Below, one piece after another: positions 49,901 to 61,995 of a stretch of 64,000 bases of DNA (positions are counted from its first letter, which is position 1; the number at the start of each line of letters is the position of its first letter). The position numbers and the translations under genes were made by a program. Origin of the DNA: Prorocentrum cordatum. Its lineage: Eukaryota. The notes below the pieces were generated by a model, which worked only from the letters and a program-made list of their open reading frames with translations, was not told where the DNA came from and did no database searches. The stretch lies in NCBI GenBank assembly GCA_963575745.1, contig CAUYUJ010000292.1, forward strand, positions 372,001-436,000. Reading direction: 5' to 3'.

Positions 49901-51427
49901 GGTCGCGCGCCAGCAGGCCACAGGTCCCTCTCGCCCGAGCGGCGCGCAGAGCTCGAGCCGAGAGTGGCACCGCCGCCCGTGTGCGGCTTCTTATGCCCGC
50001 GCTCGCCCAGTCCTGGTGGGCTTGTTCTCCACCGCCACCACCAGAAGCAGGAGGGGGAGGGGGTCCTCCTCCTCCTCCTCCTCCTCCTCCTCCTCCTCCT
50101 CACACTCCGCCCCCTTCCCCCCTCCAGATGATGGTGGTGGCGGTGGAAAACAAGCCTACCAAGTCCAACCGGCCACCTGCGCGCGCAAATGCACGGGGCT
50201 CAGTGCTCTCAACGAGGCGCCGCGCTATGACTGCCCGACCTTTCCGCTCTCGCCGGTGCGCGTGCCGTGCCCGTCCCTCGCGCCAGGTCGTCGGAAGCGG
50301 GGCCGCGCGCGCGCGCATCGGGGGTCTCCTGGCCCGGGTCCATCCAGACCCGGTCAGTCAGGCCTTGCAGACTCCTGCAGGATCCTGCACCCAAGCCCGG
50401 GTCGGTGCGAAGGATGCAGCAAGATCCTGCAGGATCCTGCACCCAAGCCCGGGTCGGTGCGACCCTGGCCCTGCAGGGTCCTGCAAGATCGGGTACTCTG
50501 GCTGACCTCAGCTTGCATTGACCCCCGTCGCAAGGCTCCCGAGCGCAAAAGCGACTTCCCTCTCGCCGGGCGGGAGCACGCGCCAGTCTTACTTAGGTCG
50601 GGCATGTCCCCCTACAGGGGGATTTTGGACGAACAATATTTTTTTTATAAAAAAAACTCAAGAATCTCCAAAGTGGTCGAAAAATACTGAAAAATAGTCC
50701 TCATACTATTTTTTGACTATCTTGTGATATTCCTCCTGTAGAGGGACGGGCCCGACGAAACGCCAGTCTCCACGTCCAGGTGTGCCCGGCTCGGTTCTCG
50801 TGCTTCTGCCGGGAGGGTTGGGAGATGGTGGCAGCGAGCGGGACCCGCTCGCTCTTCCTGCCTCGCCTCCTCCCTCCTCCCTCCCTCCTCTCCTGCCTCC
50901 CTCCCTCCTTCCTCCCTCCCTCCTTCCTCCCTCCTTCCTCCCTCCCTTTCCTCCTCCCTCCCTCCCTCCTCCCTCCTCCTCCCTCTTCCTCTCCCCCTCC
51001 TCCCTCCCCTCTCTCCCTCTTCCTCCTCCCCCCCTCCCTCCCTCCCTCCCTCCCTCCCTCTTCTCCCTCCCTGTCTCTCCTCCATCCCCCCTCTCCGACT
51101 GCATGAAGAGTCCACGCTTCCGTGCTGGCATTCTGGGACAGCTTGCTCTGGTGCCCTCTTCTGGGCAGACTCCGGGGCACACCTGTACAGACTCGGCACC
51201 GCGGGGTGGCAAGTAGACGACTTTTGCGCACGCCGATGGTCCTCCTCCTCCTCCTCCTCCTCCTCCTCCTCCTCCTCCTCCTCCTCCTCCTCCTCCTCCT
51301 CCTCCTCCTCCCCCTCCCCTCTCCCTCCTCCTCCTCCTCCTCCCCCTCCCCCTCCTCCCCTCCTCCCCCTCCCTCCCCCTCCTCCCCCTCCTCCTCCCTC
51401 CCCCTCCTCCTCCTCCCCCCCCTCCTC

Positions 51428-51458
<31 letters not shown>

Positions 51459-51591
51459 TCCTCCTCCTCCTCCTCCTCCCCCTCCTCCTCCTGGTGATGT
51501 CGCGGGTGCCGGCCGACCGACCCCCTCCTCCCCGGGCCCCGGCGTCCGCCCCCTCCCAGCACACGTTTCCTGGTCCTCCGTGCTCCGTGGA

Positions 51592-51800
51592 GGGGCCCTG
51601 GGACACACAAAGAAATACACACAAATACCAGGATCCCCCTTATATTTTCCAACATTTTCTGGGTTTTTGTCTTCCCCCCCCACTTCCCATATTTTCCTAC
51701 ATTTTCTACGTTTTTGTCTTCCCCCCACTTCCCCTATTTTCCCATATGTTCCCGGGAGTCGACGATTCACTGTGTCTGTGTGTGTGTCTTTTCCCCTCCT
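51592..51800 (+). repeat. Dispersed repeat (GGGCCCTGGGACACACAAA...TCGACGATT..TGTGTCTGTG)
   Basis: Copies at about 49378-49530 and 62541-62698. Confidence 0.75.
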
Positions 51801-52009
51801 GACTCTGGGAAGCGTAAGACTCGGGTACGGGGCGTCCATTACGGGGGAGGCTCCACCTGCTCGAAGCAGGCGCCGAAGAACAGCCAAGATCCACTCTATG
51901 GGGGGGGGAGGGGGGGGGGGAGCGAGGGCCCGCGCCGATCGGCAAAACAATGAATGACAAAAACGATCGCAAGCTGCTTCTTATTGCTTCGCCTTATGAA
52001 TGCCTCCTC

Positions 52010-52812
52010 CCCGTCGCACCCCGAGGCCAATCGGAAGGGCGGCCCAGGCATTTCGCTTGAGACTTCCTCACCATTTATTTATGACCCTGAAGCTGAGCAT
52101 CAATTTGCAGCAACTTGACAAGTGGAGGGCGGGTCGCTTTCAGAATGTGGCTCTCGCCATAGCGACGCGCGCATTCGGTCTCAAAAAGTCAAGAGTTGTA
52201 CGGAATGAGGACAGGTGGTGTTCAAAAGGTGGCTCTCGCATCAGCGCAGCGCACATGGTAAAACATCGCAAGAGCTCCACGAATGGAGCGCGGATCGTGT
52301 TCAAAATGTGGCTCATGCCTTAGCGCAGCGCACATTCGTCACACAAACTTGCAGCAACTTCACGGACTGAGGGCGGTTATTTTCCCAAATATGGCTCGCG
52401 CCTCAGCGCCGCGCACAATCGACTTGAACATCTGCAAAGGAGTTGTCACGGATTGAGGGCGGTTCCTTTTCAAAGCGTGGCTCTCGCCTTAGCGCCGCGC
52501 ACATGCGTGGTAAACATTTGTAAGAATTGAACCTATGCCTAGACGTGCCAGGAACGGTGTTGTAGAACGGTTCAAACATGCCTAGACGCAACAATTACGT
52601 TGACTCGTGGTGTTTGAAATCCCAGGAACGGTGTCCTGGCACGATTCAGAATCGTCAAAACGCGACAGTAACGGTGGTTCGCGGCGTCTTACTCCCAGGA
52701 ATGGTGTTCTGGCGCCGTTCAGAAATTTTCAAACGGGTGTCCTCCAACGAAGCACTTCCTTGAACATGAATGTTTGCAGGAGCCTATGAGGGGGAGCTTG
52801 ACGGGAGGGTTT
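52010..52812 (+). repeat. Dispersed repeat X with internal degenerate GCGCCGCGCACAT units
   Basis: Homologous to about 1200-1797 and to 11505-11659 plus 15437-15883. Shared 3' end GCCT(A/G)TGA...GGGAGGG. Confidence 0.65.
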
Positions 52813-53392
52813 ATTGGAATATTATTGGTGAGTCTTGGGTTTACACTGGTCCTCCTCCTCCTCCTCCTCATCCTCGTTCCTCTTTCTCACCTGTTTCTCA
52901 TCCTCCTCCTCCTACTCCTCTTCTCCTCCTCCTTCCTCTCCGCCTCCTTCCCCTCCTCTCCTCTCTTCTTTCTCATTATTCTTCTTCCTCCTTCCTATTC
53001 CTCTTCCTCGTCCTCCTCCCTCTTCCAATTCCTCTTCCTCTTCGCCCTTCCTCTTCCTCCTTCCTCCTCCTCCCGGGTTCCCCTCCTCCTCCTTCCTCCT
53101 CCTTCCTCTTCCTCTTCTTCACGCTCGCCCGCCCTCGCTGCTTGGCCCCCGCTTCCACGGGCCGGGCGGATGCCGAGATGCCGAGCCCCCGCAAACGCCA
53201 CCAAACTTCGAACCTCGAACCCTCGATCCCTAACAGCGAATTCCTTCGAACCCTCGATCCCTCGATCCCTTCGAACTCTCGAACCTTCACGTTTCCCCAA
53301 CAGCGTTTCGCTAAGAGGTCCTGATAGAGTTGGGAGACGTGACTGCAGGAGAGCCCCCCAGACACCACCAAGCTCGTGAACGTTTTCTTTTT

Positions 53393-53607
53393 CGGCGTTT
53401 CGACATTGGGCGGGAAAGGGGAGGGGGGGAGGGGGGGTCTGCCTCCCGACCTCTGCTTAGTGCGTCTGTTTGCAACGGTGCGCCTCATGGGGGAGGCTCC
53501 ACCTGCTCGAAGCAGGCGCCCAAAAACAGCCAAGATCTACTCCATAAGGGAAAGGGGGGGGGGACGGGGGGGGGATGCGAGGGCCCGCGCCGATCGGCAA
53601 AACAATG
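53393..53607 (+). repeat. Dispersed repeat (CCACCTGCTCGAAGCAGGCGCC...GGCCCGCGCCGATCGGCAAAAC)
   Basis: Copies at about 44725-44866, 51843-51950 and 60409-60605. Confidence 0.75.
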
Positions 53608-54031
53608 AACAACCACAAACAACTCACCTTCGATACTCGAACCCACGATCCTGCACTTTTTCCCAACAGCCTTTCGCCAAGAGGGTTCCTATGGAGATGG
53701 GAGCAGTTCCCAAGGCCGCGCTAACGGCGTGCTTGGTTAACGGTGCGGTTGGGAATCTGGTTTTTGTGACACCGAGCTCACGAAGAACAACGTGTAGGAA
53801 ATCACGAAAGGCTGCTTCCTACATTTTCAAATATGCAGATGTACCGAACGACAACGACACAACGAGTTGTAGGAAAACACGAACCACACGTTCCGACAAG
53901 TGGCTTGGCCACGAACCGCGCAGGGGGTTCGTGGCCAAACCACTTGGAGGAGGACACGCGGTCGGGCGTGTCCCCCTACAGGGGGATTATGGACGAAAAA
54001 TTGACTTACCCCGAAAATGCTCAAACATATC

Positions 54032-54830
54032 CCCTACCTAGGCTCTGCCTAGAAGGGTTCTTACCCGGTAAGCTCAAAGGGCCAGGCACTGGGGCCCGCC
54101 CCGGGCGGTTCCCCCAGTATCCGCCCCGCGGTTCCCCCAGTGACGTGCCCTTAGCTTCGCGTTGCTTATCTAAATCTTAGCTTAGCCTAGCTAAACTTAG
54201 CTTCGCTGAGCTTAGCTGGGCCTAGCCTGGCCTAGCTTAGCTTAGCTTAGCTTAGCCTAGCCTAGCTTAGCTCAGCTCAGTATTAGCATAGCATCGCATC
54301 GCATCGCATCGCATATAATCGCATCGCATGGCATAGCATAGCGCAGCATAGCATAGCGCAGCATCTCATAGCATAGCATAGCTTAACTGAGCTTAGCACA
54401 GCACAGCGCAGCATAGCATATCATAGCATACCCTAGCATAGCATAGCGCATCATAGCACAGCATAGCATAGCGCAACATAGCACAGCATAGCAGAGTATA
54501 GCATAGCGCAGCATAGCATAGCATATCATAGCATAGCGCAGCATAGCATATCAGGTCATAGTCTAGCCTAGCATAGCGCAGCATAGCGCAGCATAGCATA
54601 GCATAGCGCAGCGTAGCATAGCATAGCATAGCGCAGCATAGCATAGCACATCATAGCATAGCATACTATAGCGCAGCCTAGCATACCCTAGCATAGCATA
54701 GCATCGCATCGCATAGCATGAGTCTCGCTGTTGATATTGATGTAGATGTCGATGCAAGTGTAGATGTTAATGTAGCTGTTGGTGTAGATGTAGATGTTGC
54801 TTTCCGAGATGCTCCAACTCCTAGGTAGGG
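54032..54830. mobile_element. TIR element (CCCTACCTAGG...CCTAGGTAGGG) filled with (GCTTA)n and (GCATA)n, nested in MITE B
   Basis: Perfect 11-bp TIR with TC on both flanks (possible 2-bp TSD). Pentamer arrays at 54175-54720. Confidence 0.6.
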
Positions 54831-55229
54831 TCGCACTGGGATAATTTTTATTAGCAAAAATAAAGACTCGTCCCCGTACTATCTGCTGACTAGTTGGTAA
54901 TCTTCCTCCTGTAGAGGGACAGGCCCGACCTAACGTTAGCTAACACAGCGTTAGCGCGTCTACGAATGGGGAGCGCGAAGACGTTGTGGTCTTGTTCAAG
55001 AATCCTCCCTCCGCCCTCCTCCCTCCTCCTTCCTCCCCCGTCCTCTGTCCCTCCTCCCTCCTCCCTCCGCCCTCCTTCCTCCTCCCTCCTCCCTCCTCCC
55101 TCCTCTCCCGCTCTCTCGCATCGATGCCGGCTGCGGTTTTGGTCTAGCCGGCCTCGATCCCTTCCAAAAAACAAAATGCGCTGAGGAGCACATGGCAATG
55201 CTCTCACCCCTGTGCCCTGTGGCTCGGCG

Positions 55230-55603
55230 GTGGACAGACCTCCCTTTAGTAGACCGCCCCTTAGTGAAAACGGCCTAGGACCGAAACCGACGTCGGAAAC
55301 TGGAACATATACATCACCAGTGGCGGGTTGTTTTTTCAATCCCACGACTTTTTGACGGTCGGGGACGACGTCGGGGCGGTGAGGTGTATACTTTTCCCGG
55401 TTTTGCAAGGGAAACAACGAACAATGTCTACACCAAGATCCCGTATACACCGGGATCCACGTTCCCGTGCGAATTTCAGCGCATGGTCGTAAAAAGCGTC
55501 GATAGAGTTCTTTTCCCGACGACGGACCTGGACCCGCAAAACTGACGGCCGCGAAGCCCTCTCGCGAACCGAAAAACGGCCAATTCGCTCATCGACGCGT
55601 CAG
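55230..55603 (+). repeat. Dispersed repeat (GGACAGACC..CCCTTTAGTA ... AATTC(G/A)CT(A/C)ATCGACG(T/C)GTCA)
   Basis: Shorter, internally deleted copies at about 36979-37116 and 60862-60955. Confidence 0.65.
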
Positions 55604-57869
55604 GGCAGGAGGTCAATCGTCTATCAGCCTCCGAGTAGCCGACCTCCTACTCCTCGACCCGCCTCTACACCTGGGCTGCTATCAAGGTGCTTTGCTGGGG
55701 CATTTTCCTGCGAAGCACGGCGCCCACGTATCCCCAGGGACACACGCATCGCGGCAACTACAGACACATCGAGCTCGGTTGAAAGAAAAACTTCGACGGG
55801 TAATCCCAAAACAGACACTCGACATGAGACAACAAAACACCGTGAACGCCCAACGACCGACGGCCAAACATGTACCGTACTCGTGACAAGGCGATCCCGA
55901 CCGCTATGCTAGAATTTCATACATAAGATGGCTAGGTTACCACCGAGTCCGTATAACCACAAAGAGACCCAAACAGCAGGAGGACAGGAAGGACAAGAAG
56001 AGAGGACAGCAACAAGAGGAAGGCCGAGGGACCCAGACGCCTGCGGCGACTCATCGTCACCCCCTGACATCTGGAAATGCCCATCTGGCCACCTTGGTCA
56101 TCTTGGAGGTTATTTTGACCCCATTTTAGGGAGACATCTCTTCCGCGCGGCCAGCGGGATGAGCCGAAACCTTGCTGGGAAACTTTCGAGGCACCAAGCG
56201 CACACAACAAATCCAAACCCTTCGACCCATCAAATTCGGGCAGTCCAGAACGACTCTCAAATCTCGAACCTCGAGCCATCCACCTTTTATCTTGTCTAGA
56301 GGCCTGCTGGATGGGGTGCGAGTAGATGGGGTTGGAGGATTGCGCCGTATCGGCGATGAATCGACGATGTATCCGCGACGTCGGCGATGCATCGGCGACG
56401 CTGGCGTGGAGAAACTCGCCCTCCACATCGAACCGCATCGCGGATGCATCAGCGATGCGGCGCGATCCTCCGACGCCATCTATCCCGACCTCATCTAGGA
56501 TGCCTAGAACATAGAAGCCCCAACGACAGGAGGACAGGAAGAGCAGGAAGAGAGGACAAACAGAGGGGAGGCCGAAGGGCCAGGAAGAAAAAACGAACCC
56601 CAGATCTTTCCTGTCGATCCGTCAGGACGGGCCCTATCTCGGGCGAGAAAGCCAACGGGAGACACGTTTTCCGCGCGGCAAGCGGGACGTGCCGAGACCT
56701 CCTCTGGGAACCTTCTGAGGAACCAGAAGACGCAGAAGTCCTGCAATCTAAGACGCCGCCAGAAACCCGAACCTCGAACCCTCGAAATGGGAGGCGCCCG
56801 AGCTGGTGGAGCCTCGGCTGGAAGGGCCTGAGCTGGTTGGGCCTCGACGAAGCGCCGGTCGCAAGGACGCTCCTGGGTTCCATCTTGTGCAATGTTGCAC
56901 GCTGGATCCGTTTTTGACCGTCCTGGGGCCCGAGAGCGACCCTGGGGGACAGAACACGGCAACAACCATCTTGTCGAACCCAGGGAGGAAGGAGGAGGAG
57001 GAAGGAGGAGGAGGAAGGCGGAGGAGGAAGGAGGATGAGGAAGGAGGAGGAGGAGGAATGAGGAGGAGGAGGAGGAGGAAGGAGGAGGAGGAGGAGGAGG
57101 AGGACCTCGCACCTCGCCCGCCCTGCCTGCTCGAAGCCAGTGCTGGCTCACCTCAGACTCCAAGCCGACTGCAACTCCATCCTTTGCCTTGCCCCCTCCC
57201 CCGCTGGGGCGTGAATTAGAGGGGGTGCGAGATAAATGAATAATTGGAAGGGAGCGACCGAAGGTGCAACCAAGAGGCCCTAAAAGGGCCCCGGTGGGGC
57301 CCAACAGGGGCACGAAGGGTCGCCCCCTCCATTTACAATGGGCGTTCATGCCAAGAAACACCACTGTTTGTCTCCAGGTTGCCCTGGGTTTCTTGGGTTT
57401 CGATGGTTTTGCTAATCATGGAAAACGTGACGCTCCCCCACCACAAATCCATGGACGTCCTGGGGTCTCAGGGCTGGGTTTCTTGTGGAAAATTTCTCGT
57501 GGTCGAGCTCCTGCCCCTGACCCCCGACGTCATAATTTTTCCCGGTATCCAAAATGGGGGTCTTGTTTTCTTTGGACACCCTCCGCGCAGGAAGCTCCCT
57601 CCCACGCTCCGCCCCACTCACGCCATCACCTCGTCATCGGGAATCATCACCATCGGCCCCCATCATCACCACCACCATCATCATACTCGGTCGCTCACCA
57701 TCGATCATCAACACCATCGGCCTTCGATCGTCACCATGATCAGCATCACCAACACCGCCATCATCATCATCATCGTCATCATCATCATCATCACACTCAG
57801 TCGCACATCGCACACACACAGACTCTCTCTTTCTCTCTCATCGCTCGACATCATTTTCTCTGGATCGCA

Positions 57870-59210
57870 AGCGGGAGCCCCCTCGTTATGGGGCCCGCAC
57901 TTCATGTTTTGAGTCCGAGCGGGTCGCCCTCATCCGTGTAACTAACTGTCGTCACTGTTGGGCTCCTGAAGCCTGAATATGGGGGAAGTATCAGGCGGAA
58001 GCCTCGTCTGTGAGTGAACTGTGAAGAAGTCTCGGGCGGCCGCCCCCCTCCATATGGGGCCCGCACTTCACGTTTTTAATCCGAACGGGTCATCCTCATC
58101 CGTGTAACAGTCGTCACTTTTGGGCTCCTGGGGCCTGAGTATGAAGGGGATTTCAATCGGGAGCCTCGTCTGTGAGTGAACTGTAAGGTAATTTCAGGGG
58201 GGAGCCCCTTCCGTGTGGGGCCCGCTTTCCATTTGTGGCGTAATGGATTTAAAGATTTGGGCGGGTCACCCTCGTCCGTATAACTGTCGTCACTTTTGGG
58301 CTCCTGATGTCGGAATATAAAGGACATATCAAGCGGGGAGCCTCGTCTGTGAGTGAACGAAGTCTCAAGCGGGAGCCCCCACCCTCCCTCTGGGGTCCGC
58401 ACTTCATGTTTTTAATCCGAGCGGGTCATTCTCTTTCGTGTAACAGTCGTTAATTTTGGTATCCTGAGGCCTGAATATGGGGGAAGTATCAGGCGGGGGG
58501 CCTCTTCTGTGAGCGAACTGTGAGGAAGTCTTAAGCGGGAGCCCCCTCCGTATGGGGCCAGCATTTTTCATATTTTATCCGAGCGGGTTATCCTCATCCG
58601 TATAACAATCGTCACTTTTGGGCCCCTGAAGCCTGAATATGGTGGAAGTATCAATCGGGGAGCTGGTCTGTGAGTGAACCGTGAGGAAGTCTCAAGCGGG
58701 AATCCCCTCCATATGGGGCCCACACTTCGTGTTTTTTATCCGAGCGGGTCGTCCTCATCCGTGTAAATGTCGTCACTTTTGGGCTCCTGAGGCCTGAGTA
58801 TGGAGGAAGTATCCGGCGGAAGCCTCGTCTGTGAGCGAACTGCGAGGAAGCCTCAGGCAGGAACCCCACTCCCCATGGGGCCAGCATTCCGTCTTTTTTT
58901 ATCAGAGGGGGTCATCCTCATCCGCGTAACTGTCGTCCCTTTGGGGCTTCCGAGGCCTGAATATCGTGGAAATGTCAGACGGAAGCCTCGTGCGTGAGAG
59001 AACTATGAGGACATCTCAAGCGGGAACCCCCTCCCTATGGGGCCTGCGCTTCATGTTTCTCATCCGGGCGGGTCTTCCTCGAACTTGTAACTGTCATCAC
59101 TTTGGGGCTCCCGAAGCCAGAATATGAGGAAATATCAGGCGGGAGGCTCGTCTATGAGTGAATTGCTAAGAAAACTCAAGCGGGGGCTCCCTCCGTATGG
59201 GGCCCGCGCC
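57870..59210. repeat. Tandem satellite, ~160-bp unit, about 8 diverged copies
   Basis: GCGGGAGCCCC..TATGGGGCC recurs at about 58536, 58696, 58856, 59020 and 59180. Confidence 0.9.
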
Positions 59211-60133
59211 TCCCGTGCTTTCTCCGGGTCGTCCTCCAGCGCGCGCTTCCTCTGAGTCGTCCTCCGGCGAGAGTATCTTGGGACGCACATCGTGCGCTTC
59301 CTCTGGGTCGTGTTCCGCACGAGGAGGAGCAGGAGGATGAGGAGGAGGAGAAGGACGAAGGAGAAAGGAGGATGCAGGACGAGAAAGAGGAGGAGAAAAA
59401 GGGGGAGGAGGCAGAGGGCGAGAAGGTCGAGGAGGACAAGGAGGAAGAGGAGTGCGTTAGGAGGCCCCAGGATGTCCCGGGAGGCCCAGAAGGCTCCAGG
59501 AGGCCCCAGGAGGAGGCAGGATACCTAAGGAGAAGGCAGGAGGAGCAGGAGGAGGGCGAGGAGGGGGAGGAAGATGGAGACGAGGAGGAGTAGACGGAGG
59601 AGGGAGAGGGAGAGGAGGAGGCGGGAGAGGGGAGGAGGAAGAGGAGGAGGGCGAGGGAAAGCAGGAGGAGGAGGACGCAGGAGGCAAGAGGGACAGGGGG
59701 AATCGGGGGAGGAGGCATAACGAGGAGGCGGAGGAGGAGGAGGAGGAGGAGGAGGAGGAAAAGGAGGAGGAGGAGGAGGAGGCGGTGGAGGGGGAAAGCG
59801 GAGGAGGAGGCAGGGGTTGAGGCAGGAGGAGGAGCAGGCAGGAGGAGAAGGATGAGTCAGGAGTAGGTGGGAGAAGGGAGGGGGCAGGACGAGATCCCCA
59901 GGTAAGCTAAACAGATTATCATGTGGGGTCAGAACGTCGGAATAATTTCGTGGCGTGACCTCCAAGAGCCTGGACCCCTCCTCGGGGACCGGCTTTTCAT
60001 CCTGCCTCGTTTTTTGACGGTCCCGAGGCCCGGTAAGGGCCCCCAGAGGCCAAAGATGGCGAAAAACCTGCCGTCGTGCTATTTCTTCCACAGCGCGAAG
60101 AGGCCTGGGCACTGTACCGCCCCCCCGTTATTA

Positions 60134-60300
60134 TTAGGTCGGGCATGTCCCCCTGCAGGCGGATCTTGGACGAAAAATGAAAAAGGCGAACAATATTCCA
60201 AACATGCTCGAAACTACTAACATCAAATAGTCCCTGGATTATTATTTGTCATTTGTCTATTTCTGAATATTCCTCCTGTAGAGGGACACGCCCGACTTAA
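60134..60300. mobile_element. MITE family B (TIR GGTCGGGCATGTCCCCCTACAGG / CCTGTAGAGGGGCATGCCCGAC), about 130-165 bp
   Basis: Paired TIRs around an AT-rich core, often bounded TTA...TAA. Other copies: 43751-43879, 50593-50756, 60701-60860 (inverted), 63532-63665; interrupted copies at 4609-6196 and about 53960-54933; TIR-less core at about 44400-44518. Confidence 0.85.
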
Positions 60301-60980
60301 CATCACTGTTAGAAACTAGACACCGGTTTCCTTCCAAACGGCCGAAACCCTCCCGAACCCCTCCGAGCACCCTCCTGGAAGGGTTCTGGGAGGTGAGCTT
60401 TTTTTATTCGGCGTTTCGGCATTGGGCGGAAGGCGGGGAGGGGGGGGGGTCTGGCGGACCTCTGCTTAGAGCGACTGGTTGGAACCGTGCGTCCTCTGGG
60501 GGAGACTCCACCCGCTCGAAACAGGTGTCAACAAAACAACCAAGATCTACTACACGGAGGGGGGGGAGGGGGGGTGCGAGGGCCCGCGCCAGTCGGCAAA
60601 ACAATGCATAAACAGACGATCACGAGGCGTTTCGGAGAGTTAGTTTCGGGAGGGTTTTGGAGGGCTCTTGATCGCTAGGGGGGGAAGCCAGTCCCTAGCG
60701 TTAAGTCGGGCCTGTCCCTCCACAGGAGGAATATTCGAAAATAGTACAAACATAATCTGGGGACGATGCTTTGACTATTCTTGCCCATCTGGGGGGTACT
60801 TTTTGAATATTTTTAGTTTTCACCCAAAATCCACCTGTAGGGGGACATACCCGACAATAACCCTAGCGAAACCGACGGACCTGGACCCGCAAAAATGACG
60901 GCCGCGACGCCCTCTCGCGAACCGCAAACTGCCAATTCGCTAATCGACGTGTCAGGGTAGGAGGTCTATCAACCCCCGAT

Positions 60981-61228
60981 TCTAGAGGCCTCCTAGATGG
61001 GGTCGGAGTAGATGGGGTCGGAGGATCGCGCCGCACCGCCGATACATCGGCGATGCATCGGCGATGCACCAGCGAGGCCTCGTCGACGCGGGCGATGCAT
61101 CGGCGACGTCGGCATGAAGCAGATCGGCTCCACGTCGAGCCGCATCGGCGGATGCATCGGCGGCTGCATCGGCGAGGCGGAGCCATCCTCCGACCCCATC
61201 TACTCCGGCCCCGTCTAGGAGGCCTAGA
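60981..61228. mobile_element. Foldback MITE family C with internal GCATCGGCGAT repeats
   Basis: Inverted arms CCTAGATGGGGTCGGAGTAGATGGGGTCGGAGGAT match at 33/35. Other copies: 56295-56508, about 6690-6879, and decayed at about 1915-2050 and 48225-48370. Confidence 0.8.
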
Positions 61229-61543
61229 GGATTCCAACGTGACTGGACGCGCGCCCCGCGGCCTGGCCTGGTCCTCCGGGCCCTCGCGCGTGGCCCCGCC
61301 GCGGCCGCCCGCGGGGCCCCCGCACGGCCTGCGGGCCGCCGCGAGGCTGCCCCGGGCGGCGGCCACCTGCTCGCCGCCGCCGCCGCCCTCGGAGGGGCCT
61401 TCGGAGGGCCTCTGGAGCTCCTCGCCCGTCGCCTCCTCCTCCTGCTCGTCCGCCTCCTCCTCCGCCTCCTCCTCGTCGTCGTCGTCCTCCTCCTCCTCCT
61501 CCTCTTCCTCCTCCTCCTCCCTCCTCCTCCCTCCTCCTCCTCC

Positions 61544-61576
<33 letters not shown>

Positions 61577-61820
61577 TCCCCCTCCTCCTCTCGTCCTCCT
61601 CCCCTCCTCCTCCTCCTCCTCCTCCTCCTCCTCCTCCTCCTCCTCCTCCTCCTCCTCCCTCGACCCCTGGCTCCGCCGCCTCCTACATCCAGAGGCAAGG
61701 CCTCCGGAGGCTCAAAGGGTGGACCATGAGGGTGAGGATGACGGTGAAGGCACGGACGAGGAGGAGTGTTGGATTGCAGGGATGCGTGGCCAGAGCGTCA
61801 ACGAAGATGCCAACGACTCA

Positions 61821-61995
61821 CCCATGGGTGCGGCGCGCAGGCTGAAAGAGGAATAACGGACAGGAGTGTGAAGACGACTGTGCTGACTCAGGTGGGACGT
61901 TGGGACAGGCCCATGGGTGCGGCGCGCAGGCTGAAAGAGGAATAACGGACAGGAGTGTGAAGACGACTGTGCTGACTCAGGTGGGACGTTGGGAC
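61821..61995 (+). repeat. Tandem duplication, 89-bp period
   Basis: Seen directly; the two copies are identical over about 86 bp. Confidence 0.9.
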
